Positions 47,607 to 61,600 of a DNA stretch of 64,000 nt are shown one piece after another. Under the pieces are notes generated by a model. The model worked only from the letters and a program-made list of their open reading frames with translations. It searched no databases and was not told the DNA's origin. Source of the DNA: the human T2T-CHM13v2.0 reference genome, Homo sapiens; NCBI RefSeq assembly GCF_009914755.1, contig NC_060925.1; one strand, written 5' to 3'. How positions within the stretch are numbered: the first letter of the stretch is position 1; each line of letters starts with the position of its first letter. The position numbers and the translations under genes were made by a program.

Positions 47607-49707
47607 TGAACTCTTCTTTTTTATCAGGAGCCTACTCCAGCAGTAATAATGCATTCCCAGAATAATGGCATTAATCCATTCATGAGGGCAGAGCCCTAAT
47701 GACCTAATCACTCTTAATAGTCCTACCTTTTAATATCTTCACAATGGTAATTAAATTACAACATGAATTTTAGAGGGAACATTCAAACCATATTAAGGCC
47801 CAACCCCTCTGGAGAGGGCAATCTGTTTTACTCAGTTTACCTACTCAAATATTAATCTCATCCAGAAATACCTCACAGAAACACCCAAAATAATGTTTAA
47901 ATAAAAATCTGGGCACCTGCTGGCCCACTCAAGTTGACACACAAAATTAATCACCAGAAATGTTTTGTTAGATTTATGTCTATTTCATTTTATTATGAGT
48001 AATTATAAATGGGATTGAGTATTTAATTTACATGTTCATGCATTCATTGCTAGTATATAGAAACACAATTGATTTTCATATATTGATCTTATATGCTATA
48101 ACCTTGTTGAACTCACTTAATAGTTCTAGGAGTTTTTTAATATATTTTTTGGGATATTCTACATAGAATATTGGTTATCTGTAAATAGGGACAATTTATT
48201 TCTTCCTTTCTGATCTATATGGCTTTATTTCCTCTTCTTGCCTTATATAATGGATGGAATTTCCAGCATTATGTCGAATAAGTGGTGAAGAATAGACATT
48301 GTTGACTTTTTCCCTATCTTAAAGGAAAGGATTGAGTCTTTCACTATTAAAATGTTAGCTGTAGACTTTTGTCAATGCTCTTTGTCAAGTTGAGGCAGTT
48401 TCTCTCTATTCCTATTTTTCTGAGAGTTTTTATCCTAAAAGTGTGCTGAATTTTGTCACATGCTTTTTTCTGTATAAATTTATTTGATCACGTGATTTTT
48501 TTCTTCTTTTGCCTGTTAATAATGGTAAAGTACATTGATAGATTTTTGAATACAAAACCAGCTTTGCATCCCTGGAATAAATCCCTATTGGTCATGATGC
48601 ATAATTCTTTTTACATATTTTAGAGAATTTTCTTGGATAATATTTTGCTATGGATCTTTGCATGAGGAATGATGGTCTGTGTTGTTGTTTTTTTTTTAAC
48701 TTTGCCTGATTTTGATATCAGGATATTACTAGCTTCATAAAATGAACTAGGAAGTATTTCTTCTTCCTCCTGTTTTCCAGGAGAGATTGTTGTAGATTGG
48801 TGTCAATGTTTCTTTTTTTCTGACTTAAATGATATTATATATTTACTTACTTTTATTTTACATTGACAGATTATAGTCGTATATATTTATGGGATACACA
48901 ATGATGTTAAAGTTTATGAATACAACGTGGAATAATTAAATCAAGCTAGTTAACATATTTATCACCTCAAACACTTATATTTTTGGGTGAAAACATTTGA
49001 AATTTACTCTTAGCACTTTTGAAATGTACAGTACACACCATTATTAAGTATATTCACCACACTGTGCTATAGATGTCAAAACAACAACTTATTCTTCCCA
49101 TCTGAGGCTTTGTATCTTTTGACCATAATCTCCTCCATTTCCCCTACCCTCAGCCTGTGGTAAACACCATCCTACTCCCTGCTTTTTTCAGTTTGATTGC
49201 CTGAGATTTTGCTTATGAGAACATGTGTCATTTGTTTTTTTGTGCCTGGCTTATTTAACTTAGCATAATGTTCTTCGATTCTATCCATGTTGTGTCATAG
49301 AACAGAATTTCTTTCTGAATAGTATTCCATTGCATATAGATACCACATTTTCTTTATCTGTCCATCTGTTAATGGGCACTTGGGTTGATTCCATAACCTG
49401 GCTGTTGTGAATAGTGCTGCAGTGAACACTGGAGTGCAGATATCTCTTTGACATACTTACTTCAAATCTTTGGGTAAATATTTAGAAGTGGGATTGTTGA
49501 ATCATAAGGTAACTTTATTTTTAGTTTTTTGAGGAACCTCCATACAGTTTTCCATATGGCTGTACTAATTTATATTCTCACAACATTGTATAAACCTTCC
49601 CTTTTCTCCACATCCTTGCCAACACTCATTTATTTTTCATTTTTTTGATAGTAGACTTTTGGAGGTGATATTTCATTGTGTTTTTTAATAGGCTGGACTT
49701 TGGCTAG

Positions 49708-50591
<884 letters not shown>

Positions 50592-53500
50592 GGTTTGACA
50601 TGGTTGCAGTTTAATTCTTCTGCATATGGATGTCCAGTTTCCCCAACACTATTTATTGAAGAGACTATCCTTTATCCATTGTGTATTCTTGACAACTTTG
50701 TCAAAAATCAGTTTGTACACGCATAGGTTCATTTATGGGTTCCCCTTTCTGTTTTATTGGTATATATGTCTGATTTTTTTTTCTGGCCAATATCGTGCTG
50801 TTTTAATTGCTATAGATTTAAGATTAGTTTAAAATTAGGTAGTTTGATGCCTCCTGCTTTGTTCTTTTTGCCCATAATTGCCTTGACTATTCAAGGTTTT
50901 GTGGTTTCATACGAATTTTAAGATTTTAAAAAATTTCCATAAAAATAACATTAGTATTTTGATGGCAATTGCATTGAATCTGTAAACATTTTAACAACAT
51001 TAGTTCTTCCAATCCATGAACATAGGATATTTTATCATGTATTTGTGTCTTCTTCCATTTCTTTTATTAACATTTTATAGTTTTCAGTGTATAGGTCTTT
51101 CACCTCATTGATTAAATTTATTCCTAAGTATTTTATTATTTTTTGTGTGGCTATTTAAATGCAGTTGTTCCCTTGAGTGTTTTTAGATGGTTTATTATTA
51201 GAGTATAGAAGCACTACTGATTTTTATGTGTGATTTTGTGTTCTGCAACTTTACCATATTTGTTTATTCTAACATTTTCTTCGTGGAATCTTTAGGTTTT
51301 TCCTTAAGAACATGTTGTCAGGAAACAGCAACAACTTTAGTTTTTTCTTTCTTATTAGGATGTCTTTTATTTCTTTTCCTTAACTGCTCAGACAAGGACT
51401 TCTACTACTATGTTGAATAGAAGTGGTGAGAGTGGACATCCTTGTTTTGGGTCTCAGAAAGTACTTCAATTTTTTACTATGCTTACCAACAAGCATAGTG
51501 TTAGCTGCAGCCTCATTATATATGGCCTTAAATGTGTTGAGGTACAATCCTTCTATCCTTAATTTGTTGAGGATTTTATCATGAAAGAATGTTGAATTTT
51601 ATTAAATGCTTTTTCTGCACCTGATGAGATGATCATACGATTTTTGTCCTTCATTCTGTTAATGTGATGTATCACATTTATTGATTTGTGTATGTTGAAC
51701 CATTCTTGCATCCCAGGGTTAAATCCTAGTTGACTTTGGTAAATAATCCTTTTAATGTGTTGTTGAATTTGGTTTGCTAGAATTTGGTTTAAGATACTTA
51801 CATCCATGTTTAAGGATATTGGCATGGCCTGTAATTTTCTTTCCTGTAATATTTTTGTTTGGCTTTTGGATCATGATAGTGCTGGGCCTCATAAAAAGAG
51901 TTTGGAGGCATTCTCTTTCCAATTTTTGGAAGGGTTTATGAGGTACTGGTATTAGTTCATAAAATTTTTGGTAGTGTTCTGCTGTGAAGCAACCAGGTCC
52001 TGCACTTTTTTTGATGGGAGATTTAGTTACTGATTCAGTTGTCTTTCTTATTTTTGGTCTGTTCAGATTTTCTGTTTCTTCATGATTAAGTCTGGGTAGG
52101 TGATATGTGTCTAGGATTTATTTATTTATTCTAGGTAATCCAATTTGTTGGTGCATAATTGTTCATAACAGCCTCTTAGGATCCTTTGTATTTCTGTGGT
52201 ATCAGTTGTAATGTTTTCTCTCTCATTTTTGATTTTGAGTTTTCTCTCCTTTTTTCTTAGTCTAGCTAAAGATTTGTCAATTTTATCTTTAAAAAAAACC
52301 TAACTCTTAGTTTTGTTGATCTTTTAAATTATTTTTTCTAGACTCTATTTTATTTGTTGCTGCTCTGGTCTTTATTATTTCTTTCCTTCTGCTAATTTTG
52401 GCTTAGTTTGTTTTCTGTGTAGTTTCTGAAGGCGTAACATTAAGTTGTTTATTTGAGATCTTTATACTTTTTTGATGTAAGCATTTATTGCTATAAACTT
52501 CCTTCTTTGAACTCCTTTTACTGCATCCCATAAGTTTTGGTCTGTTGCATTTCTATTTTTGTTTGTCTCAAGATATTTTTAAATTTCATTTTTAATTTCT
52601 TCATTGGCTTTTTCGTTGTGCAAGAACATGTTGTTTTGTGTCTATGTATTTGTGAATTACCAAAAATTCCTCCTTTTATTGATTTCTATTTTCATACCAC
52701 AGTAGTTAGAAAAAATAATTGATACTGTTTCAGTCCTCCTAAAATTGCTGAGACTTGTTTTGTGGCCTAACATGTGATCTCTCCTGGAGGGTGTTTTGTG
52801 TGCACTTGAGAACAATGTATATTCTGTTGCTGTTAGATGCAATATTCTGTATTTACCTATTAAGTCCATTTGGTCTAAAGTGTTAAGTTCAATTTTTTTT
52901 ATGAATTTTCTGTCTGAATGATCTGTCCATTGTTGAAAATTGGTTATTGATATCCCCTACTATTATTGTATTGTAACCTATCTCTCCCTTTAAATTCTTT
53001 AATATTTGCTTGATATATTTAAGGTCTCAAATGTTGGGTGTGTATATAGTTATGACATATCATCTTGATGAGTTGACCCCTTTATCATTATTTAATGTCA
53101 TTTTTCATCTATTTTTATAGTTTTTGACTTAAAGTCTATTTTATCTGATGTAACTATAACCACCCCTGTTCTTTTTCTTTCCATTTGTGTGGAATGTCTT
53201 TTCCATCCCTTCACTTTCAATCTATGTGTGTCCTTAAAAGTGCAGTAAATGAGTGTCTTGCAGGCAGCCTATAGTTCAGTCTTTGTTTTTTAAATCTATT
53301 TAGTCACTTTTTATTGAAGAATTTAATCCATTTATATTCAAGGTAATTATGGACAGGTAAGGACTTAACAACTGCTGTTTTGTTCATTGTTTTCTGGTTG
53401 TTTTATAGATACTTTGTTTCTTTCTTGCTGTCTTCCTTTGTGTTTTGATGGTTTTCTGTAGTGGCATGCTTTGAATTTGTTCTTTTTTTGTGTTGGGTCT

Positions 53501-54844
53501 AGTATAGATTTTTGCTTTGTGGTTACCATGAGGCTTACATAAAACATCTTATGCCTGTAACAGACTATTTCAAACTGATAACTTAACTTTGATTGCATAC
53601 AACAATTCTACACTTTTATTCTTCTTGAAACACATTTTATGTTTTCGATGCCAGAATTTGCGTCATTTCGTAATATGTATCCACTGACGAATTATTTTAG
53701 CTATAGTTATTTTAATAGATTTGTCTTAATCCTTGTACTAGGAATTGCTTTACACGTTACCATTGTAGTCCTACAGTATTCTGAATATGGTTCAGTATTA
53801 TTTATAGCATTGAATTTTGTGCTCTTGATTTATGTTATCATTTAGTGGCTTTTTCAGCTTAAGTAACTCTCTTTTACAATTCCTGTAAAGCAGGCCTGGT
53901 ACTGATTAACTTGCTTAGCATTTATTTGTCTGGGAAAGTTTTTATTTCTGCCTCATTTCTGAATGACAGCTTTGCTGGGGAAAATATTTTTGGCTTGCAG
54001 GGGTTGTTTTTTTTTCCCCCTTAGCATTTTTAATATATCATCCCATTCTTCCCTGGCCTACAGAGTTTCTGCTGACAAATCTGCTGATTGTTATACTGGG
54101 ATTTTTTTTTGTATATGATCTGTTTCTTATCTCTTGCTGCTCTCAGAAATTTTTCTTTGTCTTTGATTTTGGTAGTTTAATTATTATGTGTGTTGTTGAA
54201 CTCTGGGTTAAATTTAATTGGAGATCTCTGCACTTCCTGGATATTGGTATTTTTCCCTAGATTAGGGAAGTTTTTAGCCGTTATTTCTTTAAATGTGCTT
54301 TCTGACCTGTCTTCTCATTTTTCTACTTTGTAACTTCTATTTTGAGACTCTTGGATCTCTTGACAGTGTTCTATAATTCATGTAGGCTTTTTTTATTCTT
54401 TTTTATTCTTTTCCCTTTGCTTTTCTGACTGGATAATTTCACATGTTCTGTCTTTGACCTTATTCATTCTTTCTTCAGTTTGACTGAGCCTGCTGTTGAA
54501 ACTCTCTATTGCATTATTTAGTTCAGTCATTGTATCTTTATTTTTAGGATTTGTATTTTGCTTCTTTTATTATTTCTTAGTCAGACTTCTAATTTTGTTT
54601 GTATATAGTTTTCTAAGTTAATTTTTTATACATATCTTTTTGTAGTTTACTGAGCTTCTTTAAGAGGATATTGCTGAATTATTTGTCTGCTATTTAATAG
54701 GTTTCCACTTCTTTAGGGCCAAGTGATGGGGCTTTGTTAGTTTCTTTGGGAGGTGTCATGATTTCCTGAGTCTTTGTAATCCCATGTTCTTGTGTTGATA
54801 TCTGTGCCTGTAAGGAGACAGACACCTCTTTCAGCTTTTATAGG

Positions 54845-55133
54845 TTTTTTTTTTTCTTTTTTGAGACAGAGTCTTGCTCTGTGGCCCAGGCATGATTGTG
54901 GTTCACTACAGTCTCAACCTCCTGGGCTCAAGCAATCCTCCTCACCTTCCTGAGTAGCTGAGACCACAGGTGCATGCCACCACATCCACTGAATTATTAT
55001 TATTATTATTTTTTGTGGAAACAGTGCCTCACTGTGTTGCCCAGGCTGGTCTTGAACTCCTGGGCTCAAGTGATCTACCTGCTTCAGCCTTCCAAAGTGT
55101 TGGGATTAGAGGCATGAGTCACTGTGCTTGGTC
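54845..55133 (-). mobile_element. AluJ
   Basis: tcaacctcctgggctcaagcaatcctc and actcctgggctcaagtgatc; atag.tttt on both flanks. Confidence 0.85.
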
Positions 55134-56106
55134 ATAGATTTTCTTTGGCAGAGATACACCTTTCACTGTTTAGCTTGTTATTCTGAGTGGACCAACTGGT
55201 AATGACCTTGGTCAGGCAGAACTTGCTTTTGGGTTCTGAAGATTGCTGAGCTGCTGTCTTTAATCTGAGTTAGGGTAGGGAAGCTGGCTGGGCTCTAGTC
55301 TCTGGTGAGACCCCGACTGAGCTCTGTAATCAAGCAGAACTGCTGGGTGGACACTGCAATTGTCTTTTATCTGGCTGAGCCACAACATATATTCCCCTGG
55401 CCTAATGGTACCACTGATTGAGTTCTGCAGTTGGATGGGCACTGCTTAGGATGGAGGGGACCAGCTGATATGCTTAGTAGAAATACACAGATGAGGTTTG
55501 CCTTCCTGCTTATGCAGGGCCTTGGGGTGGGCTTTGAGCCTGAACTGAGTGCTGTTTAACCTGCTGGGTGTAGAAGAACTAGCTCCTGTGCTTTGTTATA
55601 TTGCGCTGTGGTGGGTATTTCTCTCTCTGTGGGGTGTGGGGGCAGGGTCTGAGGCTGGACTGGAGGCTGAGCCATCTAGGGATATAAGCCAGGTAGAATG
55701 TCCCACCACTTCTGGGAGTGACCAGCTAGGATTTGTGAGGGAGCTATGCTGTTAGCTGGTACCTCAGATTGTGTACTACTGCTGGCAGGTACACAGAGCT
55801 GCCACCAAGATCTGTAGGCTGGTTGCCATGGGTTCTGTCTCCTTGCTTTATCTCTACCTGACCCTAGGTGGTCTAGCCATGCTGTTACCCTCTGTGTTCC
55901 TTATGAAGTGAGACTGGAGTGGACTTCTTGGGAAGCATATCAGAATGCCAGGGAAACTGGATGTCTGTTTTCTATTCTATTTTCCCACTGTAGAAACTGT
56001 GGGCCCTGGGAAATTTTTTCTTTGTTGAACTGAGCCATCTTGGGGAAAGGAGGAGCAGTGGGATCAAAGTGAGATAATTTCTCTTATCCTTCAAAGGCAG
56101 GTTTTT

Positions 56107-56143
56107 TTTTGTTTGTTTGTTTGTTTGTTTGTTTGTTTGTTTT
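56107..56143. repeat. (TTTG)n microsatellite
   Basis: About 8 tandem tttg units. Confidence 0.9.
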
Positions 56144-56403
56144 GGTTCTGTGTTCTGTGGTCCATGCAGCTTTCTCAGGCCTTTCCAAGTTTTGGGAACA
56201 CAAGGGTATTCTTGTCTGTGAATAGTTGCTAGTTGAACTTTCTTTGGGAGGTAATAAAGGCCTGAGACCCTGTATTTTGCCCTTTTACTGATATCAGTCT
56301 GTGTTAATTCTTCTTTAAACATTTGGTAGAAATGTCCAGTGAAATAATCTGGGCCTGGAGATTGCTTCTTTGGAAGTTTTTAAATTATGAATTCAATTTT
56401 CTT

Positions 56404-56622
56404 TTTTTTTCAGATTATCGATTTTTTAAATTATTATTATTATACTTTAAGTTTTAGGGTACTATGCAGCCATGAAAAATGATGAGTTCATGTCCTTTGT
56501 AGGGACATGGATGAAATTGGAAATCATCATTCTCAGTAAACTATCGCAAGGACAAAAAACCAAACACCACATGTTCTCACTCATAGGTGGGAATTGAACA
56601 ATGAGAACACATGGACAGAGGA
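56404..56622 (-). mobile_element. Miniature young L1PA (PA2/3-like) inverted insertion
   Basis: 17-bp TSD atgaattcaattttctt (56387-56403, 56623-56639). Antisense L1 terminus ttatactttaagttttagggtac, then sense 3' segment at 56463-56622. Confidence 0.88.
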
Positions 56623-57319
56623 ATGAATTCAATTTTCTTGATAGGTATAGGGCTACTGAGATTATCTGTTTCACATTGGGTGAGTTGTTGTAGTTTGTGT
56701 TTTTTGAGGAATTGGTACGTTTCATCTAAGTTGTCAGATTTATGTATAGAATTATTCATAATATTCCCTTATGATACCTTTGATGTCTACAGAATCAATC
56801 TTGATATCCCCTATTTCATTCCTGTTCCTGATACTTTGTGTCTTTTCACTTTTTTTCAGTCTTATTTGAAGTTAGGTTTATTGATGTTTTTAAAGAATCA
56901 GCTCTTTGTTTCATTAATTTTTCTCTATGGTTTTTCTTTTCTCCATTTCATTGATTTCTGCTCCTATCATAATTTCTTTCCTCTGTTTGCTTTGGGTTTC
57001 ATTTGTTCTTTGTTTTCTAAGTTCTTAAAGTGAGAGCCTAGATTATTGATTTCGCAATGCCTCTTTAATGTAAGCATTCAGTGCTATAAATTTCTGTCAG
57101 CACTGGTTTGGCTGTATACCACATATTTTGATATGTTGTATTTTCATTCAGTTCACTGAATTTTTAATTTTCCTCGAGTCTTTCTCTTTGACCCATTTTG
57201 CAGTGTTTTGTTCAATTTCCAGTGTTTAGATATTTTATTATTTTTTCCTATTACTAATTTCTAGTTTGATTTCATTGTGGTGAGAAATTGGTCTGTTTGA
57301 TTTTTAAAAAATGTGTTGA

Positions 57320-57346
57320 GTTGTTGTTGTTGTTGTTGTTGTTGTT
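57320..57346. repeat. (TTG)n microsatellite
   Basis: gttgttgttgttgttgttgttgttgtt. Confidence 0.9.
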
Positions 57347-57827
57347 TCCAGGATATGGTCTTTATTGATACATGTTCCATGGGAACTTGAAAAGAATGTG
57401 TATTCTTCTATTGTTGGGTGGAGTATTCTATAACACTGCTTAGATCCACTTGGTAGAAAAGTTGTTTAGCTTTCTATATCTTTGCTGATCTTCTGCCTAG
57501 TTGTTCTGTCAGTTGTTGAGAAAGTGCTGAAGTCTCCAGCTGTAATTGTGGATTTGTCTCTTTTTCCTTTCAGTTCAGCTTTTGTTTGACATTTTGCAGC
57601 CCTATTGTTTGGTGCATACCCTTTTAGAATTATTCTGTCTTCTTGGTGGATTGATGCTTTTAACATTGTATAGTGTCCCTCAGTATTTCTGGTAGTTTTC
57701 TTTGTTCTTTGTTCTGGTAGTTTCTTTATTTGGTATTAATATAGCCACTATGTTTTCTTTTGATTAGTGTTTACACAATATATCTTTCCCATCCTTTTAC
57801 TTTTGATATGCCTATTATTTGAAGTGA

Positions 57828-58177
<350 letters not shown>

Positions 58178-59239
58178 ATATGCCATATTTTAAAATACAT
58201 TCTACCAATCTCTGTCTTTTAATTGCCATATTTAGACTATTTAAATTTAATCTGATTATTTATATGGGCTTTAAGTTGTAAGCCATTTTTTTTATTCTGT
58301 TCGTTCTCTCTGCTGTTTGTTTCTATGTTTTATTTTTCCTGCCTTGAACATTTTTAAGAATTCCATTTTGATTTATCTATAGTATTTTTCAATATGTCTC
58401 TTTGTGTAGCTTTTTTAGTGGTTGCTATAGTATAAGATTATATATATATTACAGTCTACTGATGTTATAATTTTATCAGTTTGAATGATATGTAGAAACT
58501 TTCATGTTTCTTTACCTTCCTGTTTGTAATATATTGTCTTAAATAGTTTTTATGCATACATTTGAAACTTTATCAAACATTGTTATAATTTTTGCTTCTG
58601 TCATCAAATAGAATTTAGAAAATTCATGAGAGGAATATTCTGTTTGATTATATTTTTGTTTATCATGTTCTTTCTTCCTTTTTAATGTTGCAGTGTTCCT
58701 TCTTTTATTGTTTGGTTGTTTGATTTCTGTTTAAAGAACTTTCTGTAGCCATATTTTTAGTGTGGGTCTGTTAGTATACAGGTTCTACTTTTCATTTGTC
58801 TTAGAACGTCTTAATTTCCTCTTCATTCATGAACATTTTTGCTAGATATAGGATTCTGGGTTGACAGTTCCTTTCTTTCAGCACTTGAAAAACATTGTGT
58901 GACTTTCTTCTAACCATGGTCATTTGAATTGTTTTTCTCCTATGGATAAAGTGTTTTTCCTCTTGCTGATTTCAAGGTTTTTTCTTTGTGTTTAGTTTTC
59001 AGAAGTTTGACTTTGACATGTTTTTGGTGTGGATTATTTTGTCTTTATTCTGTTTTGAGTTCCCTTAGCTTCTTGAATCTCTAGGTTTGTGTTTCTTTTG
59101 ACAAATTTGGAATGTTTCAGCCATTATTTCTTCAAGTATTTTTTTTTTTAGCCCTGTCTTCTTTAACCTCTCCTTCTGGGACTTCAGACACAAATGCTAG
59201 ATCAATTTTATAATCCCACAGGTGAATGAAGGTTTGTTC

Positions 59240-59357
59240 TTTTTTTTTTTTTTTCTTTTTTCTGAGGTGGGATCTCACTCTGTTGCCCAGGCTGGATGGA
59301 GTGCAGTGGCATGATCTCAGCTCACTGCAGCCTCTACCTCCTGAGTTCAAACGATTC
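59240..59357 (-). mobile_element. 5'-truncated Alu right-arm fragment
   Basis: PolyT followed by gaggtgggatctcactctgttgcccaggctgg...gttcaaacgattc. Confidence 0.8.
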
Positions 59358-61455
59358 ACTTCCCTCATTTTTTTCCTGTTGTTTGGATTGCATAATTTAT
59401 GTTTTTCTGTCAGTTCACTGATTTGTTTCTCTGTCTGCTTCATTCTGTCATTGAGTTCAGCCATTGAGTTTTTTTTGTATTTCTGTCATTGTATTTTTTA
59501 ATTCTAAAATTTCCATTTGGTTCTTCTTTATGTCTTCTATTTCTTTACATATTACCACCCAATGGGGACAAATGTCCAAGCTCCCTACTTCAGTTTCCCT
59601 GAAAACCCTCCATGGAGGCATTAAGGGTGCTTTATAACAATTCACCAAGAGTAGAACTCTAGGCTTCCCACTGACCCTTTTTTCCCTATGGCATTTGGCT
59701 GGAATAGAATAGTTATCGAATAAAAGTTTCTGTCATGGTAGGCTGCCCCTTTCCTGGTCCTTTAGCTAGGCAATGGACTTTTTTTTTTTTTAATCTGTAC
59801 CCATTGGCGTTTCTAGGTTACTGGTTTCTTCAGCTTCAAGTCTGGGATATATTGGGCAAAAAGGAAACCCAGGGAACTTACCACCATGTCATTTCTAGCC
59901 ACCTTGCTTTTTCTTCCCCACCCTTCAATGTTTTGTTATGTTTGCTTTAATGTAATGTCCAGAGTTTTTAGTTGTACTGAGCAGTAAAACAGTGAAAAGT
60001 ATGTCTATTTCATTTTTCCTGGAATCCAGTACCTGAGTAGTAATAGTCTTTTGTGATATGTTCCCTAATACCCAGCAGTTCTAGTTTGTGTGTGAGTTAT
60101 GTTGTGGAGAATGTATTTTGTTTTCTTTTGTAATAAAATAGAAATTTGTGGTGAATTCCTTATAATACTTATGCTTGAAGACAGTCATCAGTCAATGTGT
60201 TATTTTTCTCTTGTTAGATCATGCATTACAGCTATAAATTTTTTCATGTTTTCCATGCCTATAGTTATTTTTATGTGCACCCTCCCCATTTTCATATCTA
60301 TGTTGAAATATGCAAACCAAAATTTAATACATTTTTAAAGGAAAAAAAGAAAGCTTTAAACAAACACTGAATAATGTGAGTTTATTATTACCTAAATTTT
60401 GATAGTCACCATCTTGTTAATAAGTACTGAGATTGTGTTTGCTTTTTGTGATATTTTACTTTCTATGATGTGCCACATGTCTTTAGCATAATCTCTTTTT
60501 CTGTATCAGATACTTAGACGGATGTCATCAAATTCTTCTATGACTAGGAGTAGTTTTATGTTATGTGAGGCTTATATAATTGGGGAGGGTTCTTTAAGAT
60601 AAATAGTACAAGGCTTTGGAATAGGCAGTGTAAATGATGAACCCATGAAGCTTAAACTTCACTAGCTTTATAATATATAAAGCCCTCAACTGTAAAATAG
60701 AAAGAGGGAAGAGATAATTTCTGATTATTATATTTTCTGTATATTATGAGCTTGATAACCCTTAAAAATCAGCCACTCCAAAGGGATGATTCAGGGCAGA
60801 AGTCCCCCTCTTCTCCACACACTGTTGCACAGGGAAGTTTGCTTTACTTGATCCAATTTTTAAGGAACCTCATCTCTTCTACTCTGCCCTTTTCTCCCCG
60901 AGTTCTGTCTTTCTGTTATTTCCAGTGTAGTTAGTAGTGATTTGTCTCACCTTTATTTAGACTAGTAGAAAAAGACAGATAAAAGAAAAGGGCCCATCTT
61001 CTTTATTTTATGATATAGGTAGTTGGAGATTTTAAGAAACATTCTCCCAGTGGTCCCTATTCCAGTTAGTATTGTTTCCTATAATTGGGAGAAAAGTACA
61101 TTGAAGGAATTTATTTAGATTTAGTGAATTTAATACATTGAGGACATATAATTCATTTTACATAATACTTCCTCATATTTCAAAATTATTAGAACTCAGT
61201 GGCATAACAGAATGTCATTACTTGTTTCCCCCTCCTATTTTGTTCTTATTCAACACACCTAGTCCCCAAAACCTTGCCTACAACATTATCATCCAAACAC
61301 AACCCCTAATGCTTACTAATCATTATCGTTTAAAATGGGGTAGATGTAAAACATTTCAACTATAAGGATATTAACTAAACCACACTACTTACCTCTAAAT
61401 TAATTTTATTCATTTTGAATGAGAGATATATCTGTAGAAATTTTTTAACTTTCAG

Positions 61456-61600
61456 GTCATTTTTGTACCACCATCTTTTTTTGGCTGATGACTTGTTTCA
61501 AACCTGTTTGGTTTATATAAGAGGACTTTGTGAAGATGCAATTAATCTCAAAAATTATAATGACCATGAAAATAATCTATCTGCCATATGCCTTGTAAAG
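61456..61600 (+). CDS. DNAH14: DNAH14 coding exon (exon 9)
   Basis: ttttaactttcag|G TCA TTT TTG, encodes RSFLYHHLFLADDLFQTCLVYIRGLCE...SAICLVK, donor gtgagt. 145 nt, phase 2 to 0. Confidence 0.93.
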
